Of a DNA stretch of 64,000 nucleotides, positions 33,986-45,696 are shown one piece after another. The stretch's first letter is position 1; every line of letters starts with the position of its first letter. Origin of the DNA: an uncultured Planctomycetaceae bacterium (GTDB lineage Bacteria > Planctomycetota > Planctomycetia > Pirellulales > PALSA-1355). The notes beneath the pieces were generated by a model. The model did no database searches, was not told where the DNA came from, and saw only the letters and a list, made by a program, of their open reading frames with translations. Location of the stretch: the NCBI GenBank assembly GCA_963785305.1, contig CAWAUV010000007.1, positions 704,001 to 768,000 on the forward strand, given 5' to 3'. The translations under genes were made by a program, and so were the position numbers.

Positions 33986-36567
33986 CTAGCGGCCGAGGTA
34001 GTAGTACTTCGACGGATCGGGCGTCGGCGGCGGATTGGGGATCACGTTCGGAGGCGTGGTCGGCGCTTGCGGAATCACGAGCGCGCTCGCCGTGTCGGTG
34101 CTCGGGTCCGTGTCGAGTTCGTCACTGGAAACCGTGACCGTGTTGGTCTTGAGGCCCAAGCTCGTGACGAGCGCGGTCACGGTCATGGTGACCGGAGTGG
34201 TGTTGACCCCGACCGAGCCAATGGACCACACGCCGGTCGTTGGGTTGTATGTGCCTTGGCTAGCCACATACGACACGAAGGTCAGTCCCGCCGGCAGCAG
34301 GTCGGTGGCGATCGTGTTTGTCGAAATATTCGGCCCGGTGTTGCCCACCGTGATATAGAAGTTTACTTCCGTGCCCACGGTCGGCAACGCATTGTCGACG
34401 CTCTTGGTCACGATCAGGTCGTCGCTCGGCGTGACCGGGGTCACGGTCACGGTCGAGGTGTTGTTCGCCGGGTTCGGGTCGGGCACGCTCGACGAAGTGA
34501 TCGTTACCGTGTTGGCCTTGACTCCGGCGGTGGCCACGTTGGCCACCATGGTGAGCGTCGGCGCCGCGGCGCCGTAGGTCACCGCGCCCACGGTCCAAAC
34601 TCCGGTCGCGGCGTTGTATGTGCCCTGCGTGGCGTTCGACGACACATAGGTCAACCCGGCCGGCAGCGCGTCGCTGGCCGTCACGCCACTGGCGCCGCCG
34701 GGGCCGAGATCCGTGAGCGTGATGGTGAAGGTGACATTCGAGCCCACATTGGGCGTCGCATTGCTCACGGTCTTCATCACTTGGAGGTCGGCCGGAACCA
34801 CCGGGGTCACGCTGGCGTTGCTCGTGAGTTGCGCGGCGGTGGCGATATCATCTTCGTCGGTCCCGGCGACCGTGGCCACGTTCGTTTTCGTGCCGGCGGT
34901 CGTGACCGTGGCCACCATCGTGAGCACGGCGCTCGAGCCGCTGGCCACCGTGCCGATCGACCACGAGCCGTTCGCGCTGTTGTAGCTTCCCTCGGTGGCC
35001 GAAGCCGACACGAAGCTCAGCCCCGCGGGCAGAATATCCGTCAGGCTCACTCCCGTGGCTTGGCTGTAGCCGGTGGCGTTCGACACCGTGATGGTGAACG
35101 TCACATTGCCGTTGAGCGCGGGCGTGGCATTGTTCACGGTCTTGGTCACCGACAGATCGACCGGCAGGAGACCCGCGTCGACCGTGGTGAGGTTCTCGCC
35201 GCTGGTGAGCGTGAAGCTGGGCAACACGCCGGTCGACGGCGCCACGTCGCTGTTGATCGCCGTGTTCGCGCCAACGCCTTCGGTGGTGAAGGCCGAGCCG
35301 TCGGGCGTGATGAACTTCACGCTATAGGAGCCCGGCGCCAAGCCGTTGAAGGAGTAATTGCCCTGGGCGTTGGTCGTGGTGGTGGCGATCACGGAGCCGG
35401 CTCGCATGAGCTCGACGGTGACATTGGCCGCGCCGGATCGCCATTGTCGCGCAGACCATCGCTGTTGGCGTCCCAGAAGGCGAAGGTTCCGACGCTCGCG
35501 GTCTGATAGTTGCCGAAGTTGGCGGTGAAGACCGACGATCCGACATCGGCGATGCCCGACACTTGGCCGTTCACGGCGGCGTTGCCGGTGATTTTCATCA
35601 CCATCGCCCCGACATTGGAGAAGTTGGCGCCCGAGCCGGCGCCGATCGTGAAGCTGTTGAACGGCACATAGACCAAGCTGGTCGAAGCGCCGCCGGTATT
35701 GGGCACCGCGACCGTGGCCTGCGAATAATTGCCGGCATTGGTATAGATCATGATCGTCACGGTGCCGTTGTCGTGGTCGGCGCCGATGCTGAGCTCGAGG
35801 CCCGTGGCTTGGCCGGCGTTGGTCAGATCGACTCCGCCGAGGCCGGTGTAATTGATCACCGACGGGTTCGCGCTATTGTTGCCGTCCCAGGCGACATAGC
35901 GCGTGCCATAGCCGGTGGCGGTCGAATCGTATTCGAGCAGGCCCTGGTTGTAGGAGTTCGAGCTCAGGTCGATCTCGCCGTAGGAGCTCGTAAGTTGGGC
36001 GTACAGGTTGCGGTAACCGCCAATCGCGTCGGGCGCGGCCACGGTGCTCGCCGAGGTGGCGGCGCTGGTGCTCGCGGCGGTGACTGTCTGCGAGCTCGAG
36101 AAGCTGTCGATCGTTTGCAGCACCGAGCCCTGGGCCGCGGCGCTCGAAATCACGATCTGCTGGGGAGTCGAGTTTTCGGCCACATAACCGCTGGGGGCCG
36201 CGGTCTCCTCGACATAATATGTGCCGGCCGTGAGATTGGCGAAGGTGTATTGGCCGACCGAGTTGGTCGTGGTCGTGCCGACCAGCGTGCTCGAGGGCCC
36301 ACTGGCGGCGTTTTCATAAAGGGCCACGGTCGCGCCGGCGATGCCCGTTCCGCTCGAAGCTTGGCCCGAGCCAGAGATATCGTTGAAAACCACGCCCTGA
36401 ATCAGCGCCCCGGGCGAGGTGGAGAACACACGGCGACTTTCAAGCGATTCGAGTCCCAACCTCCGGGCGCGTGGCTTCGCGCGGTGCGCGCTCCGCGGTT
36501 TGGAAAACCAACTTCCCAGGCTCTCCAGAATCGACGACAGGGAACGTTCGTTTCGCTTGCGATCCAT
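33986..36567 (-). CDS. Planctomycete-type surface protein with SdrD B-like and three DUF11 domains, frameshift near 35430
   Basis: RRLGLESLESRRVFS leader; 'GVVFND', 'TTTNSVGQYTFANL'; DLSVTKTVNNATP / DLQVMKTVSNATP / DLIVTKSVDNALP repeats. Confidence 0.88.
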
Positions 36568-36904
36568 CGACGGCGCCCTCGCGAAGGGTGAAAAAGGCAA
36601 AAGAACGGCGCGATCCTTGCGCCGGAAAGAACCGTTTCGATTTTCGAAAAGGCGAAAGCCCTTGGGACCGTTCGGCGGCCGTGGCTGGCGCCGGTCTTCC
36701 TGGGGCAAAACAGTTCCTCGCAAACGTTCATCGGCCAGTCGGAGGCGCGGAACTCAAAATAAATCGAATAACCGGCAAACTCGGCGGGAATCGCCGTGTC
36801 TGCCAAGCAAGCGACTCGCGGTAGCCCAAGCCCCCGGGAGGGCGCGACTCTTGATCCGAGCGGTTCGGCCAGCGCGGCAATATGGTATCCTTGGAGACGA
36901 TACC

Positions 36905-37004
36905 CGGCGGCGAACGCGCCGGCCCGCGGTTGGCCACTTGTCGAGATTGTAGGCGTACGACGTGGTGGCGGCGGCGGCGAACGCGCCGGCCCGCGGTTGG
37001 CCAC
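36905..37004. repeat. Two identical 33-bp direct repeats separated by 34 bp
   Basis: CGGCGGCGAACGCGCCGGCCCGCGGTTGGCCAC at 36905-36937 and 36972-37004. Confidence 0.92.
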
Positions 37005-37123
37005 GGGCCATCGGACTTGAGCCGCTGTTCCTGGAGCGAAATTTGTTGAAGAATTACGCTGCCATCGCCGCGCTTGCCAACCGAGTTCCCCAAAAGCCCC
37101 TGGAGGCCCGAAGCTTGCCGCCC

Positions 37124-38756
37124 ATGGACGAAAAACACGAAAAGCAGTTTTACCTTTCGCCCGAGCTGGCATTTCGACTGGCGGCGATCGATATCGGCAC
37201 CAACAGCATTCGGCTGATGGTGGTCGAGCCGCTCCGTGGCGGGGCCTATCGCATTCTCGACGAGGAAAAAGAAAGCACCCGGCTCGGCGTGAGCCTGAGC
37301 AAGACCGGCTCGCTCGAGGCGGGGGCGATGGAAAAATCGCTCGTCGCCTTGCGGCGCATGAAACAAATCGCCGAAGGCTTTCAAGTCTCCCAGCTTCGCA
37401 CCATCGCCACGTGCGCCGTGCGCGAAGCTCGCAATGGCGACGAATTTCGCCGCCGGGCTCGCGAGGAGCTGGGAATCGAGATCGAAATCATCTCCGCCAA
37501 GCGCGAGGCGCTGCTCGCTTTCTTTAGCGTGCAAAAGGCTTTCGATCTGGCGGGAAAGCATGTGGCCGTGGCCGATATCGGCGGCGGCAGCACCGAAATC
37601 GTGCTCGCATACGGCAATCTGGTCGAGGCCATCTACACCACCCAACTTGGCGCCGTGCGACTGGCCGAAATTCACGGCAGCGGGCCCGGCATGGCTGGCG
37701 ACGACTTTCAGCGCATGGTCGAAAGCATCGACCGTCATCTGCGCAAGCACACCAAGAATCCGGTGTTCGTGCCGCACATGCTCTTCGGCTCGGGCGGCAC
37801 CTTCACCAGCCTGGCTTCGATGGTCATGGCCGCCAAGGGGCAAACGGATCTGCCGATGCGCGGCTATCAGGTCACGCGGGCCGAAGTGCGGCATCTGCTC
37901 GAGCGGCTGCGGAAACAATCGCTCCGCGACCGCGCGGCCACGCCCGGCCTCTCGCCCGACCGGGCCGATATCATCGTCTCCGGCCTCGCGATCGTGGATC
38001 GTGTGATGGAGCGTTTCGAAGTGAACATGCTCCAAATTCACAACCGCGGCGTGCGCGACGGACTCGTGCTCCAGATGATCGAAGAGTCGCTCGGACCCGA
38101 CGGGCACGCGCCGAGCGACCAAAATGCCGCGATCGATCGGCTCGTGACAAGCTGCGGCGGCGAAATCGCCCATGGCAAGCATGTGGCTCGCATGGCCGGG
38201 CTGATCCACGAACAACTGGCGAGAATCCACGCGACTCGATCCCCAAGATCGGCCGCTGCTCGAGGCCGCGGCCCGACTCCAAGACGTGGGATATCTGATC
38301 AACTACGATCAGCATCACAAGCACAGTTACCACTTGATCCGGCACAGCCGACTCGAGGGCGTGTCGTCGCACGAACTGGAGCTGATCGCGAATGTGGCCC
38401 GCTACCATCGTGGTTCGCAGCCCAAGCGAAAGCACAGCAACTTTCGGCGTCTGTCGGCGACCGATCAGCTTCGGGTGCGGCAAATGGCGGCGATTCTTCG
38501 GCTCGCCGGCGGGCTTGATCGCAGCAACACGCAGCAAGTGCAATCGCTTGCGATTACCCGCCAGGGCAAGGAAACCGAGCTCGGCGTAATCGCGACGCGG
38601 TATCCGGAACTCGATATCTGGGGCGCGCGGCGGCGGGTGGAAATGTTCGAGGATGTCTTCGGCACGCGACTCAAGATCGAGTGGCGCCCGGAGGCCGAGG
38701 CCGCGCCCTCGGGCGGCTCCGCGGAAGCCAATGGTTCGCCGCGCCGCGGCGCGTAG
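37124..38756 (+). CDS. ppx: Ppx/GppA exopolyphosphatase with HD-like C-terminal domain, frameshift near 38230
   Basis: AAIDIGTNSIRL, ATCAVREARNG, DIGGGSTE, GSGGT, DRADII, GVRDG; 'HHKHSYHLI', 'ARYHR' in ORF 38286..38756. Confidence 0.92.
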
Positions 38757-38816
38757 CGAGTGGCGCGCCGACGGTGGCAAGCCGCCTGTCCGAAACGCCT
38801 GTCCGAAACGCCCGAT

Positions 38817-39356
38817 TCAGTCGCGCGGCAAGCTCGGAATGCGATTCTCATGCGGCTGCAATTGTCGCCGCGGCACGACGCGACCAAGCGCGTCGTTGAC
38901 GATCACGCCGGCTTCGGTCGCGGTCGCGCCGAGCTCGACCAGGATCGCTCGCTCGGGATCGATCGTCGTCACCACGCCGCCATGCGGTCCGGAGCGAGCC
39001 GAAACCTGCGGCGCGCCATCGGTTGTTTGCAAGTTCAACACGCCGGAGCTCGTCACCGGATCGGCCGCCAATTTGGCCACCGGTCGGCCGCCGCGACCAT
39101 AGACTTCGAGCAGTCCGGTCTCGTCGCGGGTGCTGCCCATTTGCAATCGCAGCTTGCCATCGGGTCCCACAATGGCGATACGACCGACGACAACCAGATC
39201 GTCGCACTGCACTCTCCCGGCGGCCACCTGCGTGCTTTTGACCAATCGCGAATTGATCACGCCGATGTCGGAAGAGTTGGTCAGCTTGCTCCGCAGCGAC
39301 GCGCCCAGCGCGAGAAACAGCAGCGGGTAGATCGTCCAGCGTTCGCGGCTCGACAT
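38817..39356 (-). CDS. Hypothetical membrane-anchored protein
   Basis: MSSRERWTIYPLLFLALGASL anchor followed by a beta-rich region. Confidence 0.65.
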   Translation of the reverse strand: MSSRERWTIYPLLFLALGASLRSKLTNSSDIGVINSRLVKSTQVAAGRVQCDDLVVVGRIAIVGPDGKLRLQMGSTRDETGLLEVYGRGGRPVAKLAADPVTSSGVLNLQTTDGAPQVSARSGPHGGVVTTIDPERAILVELGATATEAGVIVNDALGRVVPRRQLQPHENRIPSLPRD

Positions 39357-39422
39357 GGGAAGATGCCTTCGTTTTTAGCGGACGGAAACGGACGAACGCG
39401 CGGCCAGCGGGACGATGCCGCG

Positions 39423-39806
39423 TCAGGCGGTGTTTTCGCCTCCGGAGCGCAGCGCGGCCTCGATCTGCGCGAGCAGCTCCGGCAGTTCGACCGGCTTGGT
39501 GTGATAGTCGGAACAGCCGGCGGCGATCGCGCGCTCCCGGTCGCCGGCCAGCGCATTCGCCGTGAGCCCGATCACTGGAATCGGCTGGGTTTGCGGATCG
39601 GCCTTGAGTTGCCGGGTCGCTTCCCAACCATCGATTTCGGGCAGGTTCATATCCATGAGAATCAGATCGGGCCGCTCGGCCACGGCCATGGCCAAGCCCA
39701 GCCGGCCATCGGTGGCCATCACCACGTCGTAGCCCCGGCGCATCAAGCGGCGCGAGAGCGCGTCGCGATTGGCTTCGTTGTCTTCGACCAACAGGATTTT
39801 CGGCAC
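39423..39806 (-). CDS. Single-domain response regulator (DivK/CheY-like)
   Basis: ILLVEDN, DLILMDMNLPEIDG, GLTANA, YHTKP. Confidence 0.95.
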   Translation of the reverse strand: MPKILLVEDNEANRDALSRRLMRRGYDVVMATDGRLGLAMAVAERPDLILMDMNLPEIDGWEATRQLKADPQTQPIPVIGLTANALAGDRERAIAAGCSDYHTKPVELPELLAQIEAALRSGGENTA

Positions 39807-39818
39807 GTGATCGACTCC

Positions 39819-42800
39819 TTAAGAACGCGCTTCCGGGCGCACGGTCATTGTATCCGTCGGGGTCGCGGCTGGCGATGCGTCACCCAGCGTGGTTGCAATG
39901 CAATCGGCCAGGAGTTGTCGCAACTCGGGCAGCACGTCTTCGAGGTTATATTGGCTTTTTTGCAAAATGCTGGCCGCGCGGCCGCTAAGCCGCTCGCGCT
40001 CTTCGGCCGTGAGGTCCTTGCCGGTGAGGATAATGACCGGAATTCGCCGCCAGCGCGGATCGCCGCGCAGCGCTTCCAAAAACGCGAAACCGTCCATTTG
40101 CGGCATCACCAGGTCGAGCACGATCGCCGCCGGGGCGGCCGTTTCGAGCCGATCGAGCGCCTGGCGGCCGTTTTCCGCTTCGATCACCTCGCGCCGATCA
40201 TGGTTGAGCGCCCGGCGCACCAGCCGTCGCACATTGCTATCGTCTTCCACGATCAGCACCGGCCCCGGCGGATGATGATTCAAATGTTTGCGCAACGCCG
40301 CCACCAACTGACCGCGGTGGATCGGCTTGGTGAGATATTCCGTCACGCCGAGCGTGTAGCCGAGGTTCTTGTCGTCGACGATCGTGAGCAAAATCACGGG
40401 CGTCGAGGCGAGCTCCGGCTCGGCCTTGATCGCCGAGAGCACCGCCCAGCCATCGAGCCGCGGCATCATCACATCGAGCACGATCGCATCGGGCCGCTCG
40501 CGCCGGCGACTTCCAGTCCCTCGCGCCCGTCCTGGGCGAGTAGTATGTGAAAGCCCTCCTTGCTCAAGAACCGCGAAACAAGATCTCGCACATTCGGCTC
40601 GTCGTCGATCACGAGCACGCTTCGCCGCGCGTCGAGCGTCGAGCGCCCAAGGGAATCCGAGGGCGACTCGCCTTCGAGCGCATCTTCGGGAATCGCTTCA
40701 GGCGTCACTCGCGGCAGGCGGGCGGTAAACGTGGTTCCCTGGTCCGGCTTGCTGGTCACGGTGATTCGGCCTTGCATCATTTCAACGAACTGCCGCGAGA
40801 TGGCGAGTCCGAGGCCGGTGCCGCCGTAGCGACGCGTGGTCGACGCGTCGGCCTGGGAAAAGGGCGTGAACAGCCGCTCGATCTGTTCGGCCGTCATGCC
40901 GATGCCGGTGTCGCTCACTTCGAACTCGATCGCGTCGGGCGCCTCGGGTCCGTCCTGGCGCGCGACGAGGCGAATCGAGCCATGTTGCGTGAATTTGGCG
41001 GCATTCGAGAGCAAATTAAAGAGTATCTGCCGCATTCGCGTGAGATCGGCCCGCATCACGCCGAGCATTGGCGGGCATTCGACCACGAGCGTGTTGCCGC
41101 GATTCTTCACCAACGGCTCGACCGTCGTCGCCACATCGCGCACCAGCGCGGCCACGTCGAACGATTCGAGAAACAGCTCCATTTTGCCGGCCTCGATCTT
41201 CGACAGATCGAGCACCCCGTTGACCAGCGCCAGCAGATGCCGGCCGGCCGAACGAATTTTTTCCAAGTCGGGTAGGAAATCTTGAATCCCGCGGTCGCTC
41301 GCCTCCTCGGAGAGTAGCTCGCTGTAGAGAATCACGGCGTTGAGCGGAGTGCGCAGCTCGTGGCTCATGTTGGCCAGAAACTGGCTCTTGGCCTCGTTAG
41401 CTACTTCGGCCTGCTCCATAGCGGCTTGCAGCGTCTGCTCGACATGCTTGCGCTGGCTGATGTCGGAAAATGTGACCACGGCCCCCGACACGCCCCCGGC
41501 GGTGACGATGGGAAACGCGGAATACTCCACCGGGAAGTTCGAGCCGTCCTTGCGAAAAAACAGTTCGCTGTCGATGCGGCAGCTTTGGCCGGTGCGCAGG
41601 GCTTGATGGATCGGGCTCGCTTCCGCCGGATATTCCTCGCCATCGGGGCGATGATGTTGGCAGACCGTGTGCATCGTGCGGCCGATCAGTTCACCAGGAT
41701 CGTAGCCCAGGAGCCGAGCGCCGGCGCCATTGATAAACGTGGTTTGGCCATCGAGATTGAGGCCGAAAATTCCTTCGCCGGTCGACTCCAGCAACAAGCG
41801 ATTGTAGCTGGTCAGGCTCTCGCGCTCCCGCTGGCCTTCCTTGCGCTGCGAGACATCATCGAACGCGATTACGATATGTGTCGGCCCAGCGCCGCTGAAG
41901 CGAATGGCGCGGAAGAGCCACCAGGTTTGCCGGCCATCGAGCGTGGCGCCATATTCGTGTTCGGCCCGCTCCCGATGGCCGCGAGCGATGTCGCGAATGC
42001 TTTGGACAATGGCGGTGATCTGGCCCGAAGGGTCGACGCCGCCCTGGATCAGCCGCTCGCACTCGGCGAGAAAATTCGAGCCCAAGGCGCCGGCGGATCG
42101 TTGGAGCAGCGCATCGCCGGCGAGGCTATCGCGCCAGGCCGCATTGACGGCCACGATCACGCCCCGGCCATTGATGATCGCGATCTGGGATTCAAGCGAA
42201 TCGAGCGTCTCGCGAGCGAGGCGTTCCGATTCGCGCCGCGAGCGTTCGGCTTCCTTGCGACCCAGGAGATCGGTCCAGCCCAGAGTCGAGCGCCAGCGCC
42301 AGAAGCGCCGAGCGCCGTGGTGGTGACGATCGCCACGCTCCACCGGGCCCGGCGAAAGCTGGCGTGGTTGGCGTCTTTTCGCCCGTCGAGCAGCGATTGT
42401 TCGTGCTCGCGCATCGCGACGGAGGCGGCCGCGGCCTCGGCCATGATGCGCCGCCCGCGCCGGGTGCGCTCGGCGGCTTCGGCCTTTCCACCGGGCGCGG
42501 GCTCGGCGAGCGTCAGATTTTCATCGAGCAGGCGAAATCGTTCCGTGAGACGGTTCTCCAATACATCGGCATGCTGTTGCTGGGTGGCGCTATCGGCTGT
42601 CAGGCGACGGAGGGCGGCGAGCGAATCGGTGGCTTCGCGAATTGCCTTGCGATAGGCCGGCAAGGTGTCCTCGTCGCCGGAGAGCAAGAAAGCCCTTTGC
42701 AAACTTTCGGCCTCGCTGGCGGCGCCCATCACATCGCCGAGGCGCTGAATGATTTCGTCGGAGTGGCTGACGATGGCGCCCTCTTCGGCCAAGCGATCGA

Positions 42801-42894
42801 GGTTCTCGAGCGAAAGCCATGCATTGGCCACGAAAATAAGCGCCACGAGCACCGCGCCGGCGACCGTAGTGCGAGTGAGCGAGCCGACTTTCAT
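39819..42894 (-). CDS. Hybrid sensor histidine kinase CHASE3-PAS-PAS-HisKA-HATPase-REC-REC (frameshifts near 42290 and 40490)
   Basis: '[13 protein letters not shown]' CHASE3; [37 protein letters not shown]; two receiver domains. Confidence 0.92.
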
Positions 42895-43006
42895 GGCGAG
42901 AACCGTTGCGATGAAGAAGCGGAGCAGGAGTTCATGGAATTAGGAAGGAAACACGCGGCGCACGGAATACGGCAATCCGTCGACCCATGGTGGTTCGCGA
43001 TGCCGG

Positions 43007-44870
43007 CTAGGTCGACACGCTCGATTGCCGGCGCCGGGCGAGATACTCGACTTGCCCGCGGCTCTGCGCGAGCGAAGTGGTCACATAGCTGGCCCCGTTC
43101 TTTCGCAATCGCACCAACACGCGATCGAAATTCTTGGTGTTGCCCCAATAACCGACCACGATCGGCAAATCCTTGTGCAAGCGCCGCGCCATCTTGCACA
43201 GGTAGCATGCCTGCGGCAATCCGCCCGGCGGGAGGACGCTGATAAACAAGATCGGCGATCCGCCGCCGCTGGCCACGAGGCTCAACATATCGCCCGGCGG
43301 CGCGCGGCTGGCCACGGCCCGCGCCGCGATGCCCGCGCGCGTAACCACCGACGCCAGCATTCGCCCCACGAGCTCTTCCGAAACATGGTGCGCCGGGCAG
43401 CAGATCACATGGGCCGCTTCGCCGGGCGGCGATTCCGGGTCGGCGATGTTCGCCTCGGCCGGCGCCGGTTCGATGTTCGTCGAGGTGCTCTCGGCAATCA
43501 GCGAATCGCAATCTTCGAGGATCGCGCGAGCCGCCGTGTAGAGCGACTCTTCCTCCGCCACCGAGAGCGAGCCGCGGGCCCGATCGCGCCGGGCGAGCGC
43601 GAAGGCGGGAATCGCCACCGTGTCGTAAGCCGATTCGAGCCCTCGGGCGGCGATCTCGGCTTCGAGGCCGGCGCTCGCTTCGCGCGGATCGCCGGCGAGC
43701 AGCCGTTGGTAGAAGCGGACATTCGCGGCGAAAGTCTTGCGACCGCCCAGCAATTGGGCGAGCACTCCCAGCCTCGGCACGTGTTGCCCCAAGACGACGG
43801 CGCACACGGTCAGCGGCGTCGAGAGCAGCAAGCCGATCGGTCCCCAGATCCACGTCCAAAAGGCCGCCGCCACGAGCAGCGCGATCGGCGTCACGCCGGT
43901 ATTGTGCCCCATGAAAAGCGGTTCGATGAAATTGCCGACCAGGGCATTGATCACCACGAAGGCGCCCAACATGCCCACCGCCGGCCCCCAACCCGGAAAA
44001 AGCGCCACGCTGAGCAGCAGCGGACAGGCCGCCGCTAACCAAGTGCCCATGAATGGCACGAATCGCAAGAGCGCCACGAGCAGCCCCCACAAAAGCGCGA
44101 ACGGCGCTCCGATCACTCCGATCACGATCGCATAGGCGAGTCCCACGCCGGCATTGACGATCGTTTGCGCGAGCAAGTAGTGGCTCAGCCGCTGGGTGGT
44201 GGCGCCTACCATGCGCGTGGTGTGCGCGATGCGGTTCTGACCCATGAGGCCAATCATGCGGTCTCGCAGGTCCTCGCGATGCGTCAGCATGAAGAGCACG
44301 AGCACGATCACCAAACCGGCGGTGGCCAGCGGACGCACGATCGGCGCCGCCGCTTGTAGCACGCGAGTGAGGCTCGACTCGCGCGGCGCCGCCACCACCA
44401 CCCGGCTCGCCACGGTCGGTTCGCCGCTCGTCGGGTCCGTGCTTGGCGGGTCCGTGTTTGGCGGGCCGTCCGCGGCCGTGGGTTCGGCTTCGAGTTCGCG
44501 GGCCATGCGCAAGAGGTCGCCAATGGCGCCGCCGTGCAGCTCGCGAAGTTTGTCGAGCTTGGCGCGAATCTCGCGTTTATGGTTCGGCATGTCCGCCGCC
44601 AATCGCTGGACCTGCACGCCGGTTGTCCAGCCAATGGCGCCGATGGTCGCGAAGGCCAGACAAACCACGATCAACACCGCCGGCCCACGCCGCAACCCAA
44701 GCCTTTCCAGCCGAGCCACGATCGGTGAAAGCACGAAGCTGAGTAGCATTGCCAGCGCGAGCGGCACCAGCAAGGGCTTCATCAAATAGAGGATCAGCCC
44801 TACTAGCATCATGCCGGCAAGCGGGAAGACATATTCGTGATTGGCGCGCCGCGAGCGGGATTTGACCATG
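43007..44870 (-). CDS. AI-2E family transporter with soluble C-terminal domain
   Basis: LVPLALAMLLSFVLSP, EDLRDRMI, LRFVPFMG, GNFIEP, WTWIWGPIGLLLSTPLTVC; start uncertain. Confidence 0.92.
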
Positions 44871-45010
44871 ACTACCACGGGGACCGTGACGAACCGGAAA
44901 CGATGACTAGAGTCGACCATGAAGCTCCAGCGGAATGCCGGAAGCCCGTAAATTGCCTGCCGAAAGCCCCATTGTTTGATTGCAAACGCGAAGCTACCAG
45001 GGGTGGCAAC

Positions 45011-45026
45011 AGCAAATCATGCGCCG
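45011..45026 (-). promoter_or_regulatory. Sigma54-like promoter upstream of the AI-2E transporter and kinase genes
   Basis: CGGCGCATGATTTGCT with GG-N10-GC spacing. Confidence 0.35.
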
Positions 45027-45202
45027 GCAAATTGCGACGGCTGGCCATCGACTCCGCGGTCCGCGTTAAGTTTTCCGGGCAAGAAGCCGATACGAGTGAC
45101 ACATTTCGCGAGATTCCCCGGATTTCGGGCCGGGTCGTCGGGTCCGTCGTTAGTCGGCAAACGCCATTCACCCCCTCGATACAACCGGCAGCGAGGCTCG
45201 GC

Positions 45203-45676
45203 ATGAGCAGCGACACATCGGCAATGGCTTTCACGGCCCCGCTGGGCGATGGGGCTCCAGCGCCCGTGGGCGCGTTTGGTCAAAAATCGCCCGGCGCGGC
45301 TCCGCAAAGCGCAGCTGTCGGCGGGAGATCGGCATTTGCCCCCGCAGCAAGCCTGTCGGCCCACCAGCCGCCGGAAGAGCTCTCGCTCGAAACCTTGCCG
45401 AGCTTCAGCCGCAATTTGCTGCGGATTCGAATTCCGGTCACGGTCACTTTGGCCAGCAAGCGCCAAGCGGTGGGCAAAATCGTCGAGCTGTTGCCCGGCT
45501 CGATCATTCAGTTCAGCAAGTCATGTGAGGAAATGCTCGAAATGGAAGTCAACGGGCATCCGATCGCGCTGGGCGAGTGCGTGAAGGTGGGCGACAAATT
45601 CGGGCTGCGCGTCACCTCGATTCAAATGCCGGGCGAGCGCTTCGAATCGGTCGGCCGCCCGCGAGTTCGCCGCTAG
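45203..45676 (+). CDS. FliM/FliN (SpoA) C-terminal domain protein
   Basis: LLRIRIPVTVTLASK, LLPGSIIQF, IALGECVKVGDKFGLRVTSI. Confidence 0.85.
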   Translation: MSSDTSAMAFTAPLGDGAPAPVGAFGQKSPGAAPQSAAVGGRSAFAPAASLSAHQPPEELSLETLPSFSRNLLRIRIPVTVTLASKRQAVGKIVELLPGSIIQFSKSCEEMLEMEVNGHPIALGECVKVGDKFGLRVTSIQMPGERFESVGRPRVRR

Positions 45677-45696
45677 CCGCCCGCGGGGCGGTGCGC

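Noticed and set aside
38783..38812. 13-bp tandem duplication CGCCTGTCCGAAA
   Set aside because: Only about two copies between convergent genes; probably neutral slippage.
38760..40550. Long antisense and alternate-frame ORFs (this one and others such as 27425..28927 and 33983..35506)
   Set aside because: Shadow ORFs typical of high-GC DNA, opposite well-supported genes and without motifs.
44940..45050. c-di-GMP-I riboswitch upstream of the fliN-like gene
   Set aside because: ACGCGAAGCTACC resembles part of the motif, but the GAAA loop has no paired stem and the GGCAAA element is missing.
45203..45676. Type III secretion or flagellar cluster
   Set aside because: Isolated SpoA-domain gene with no other apparatus genes in the window.
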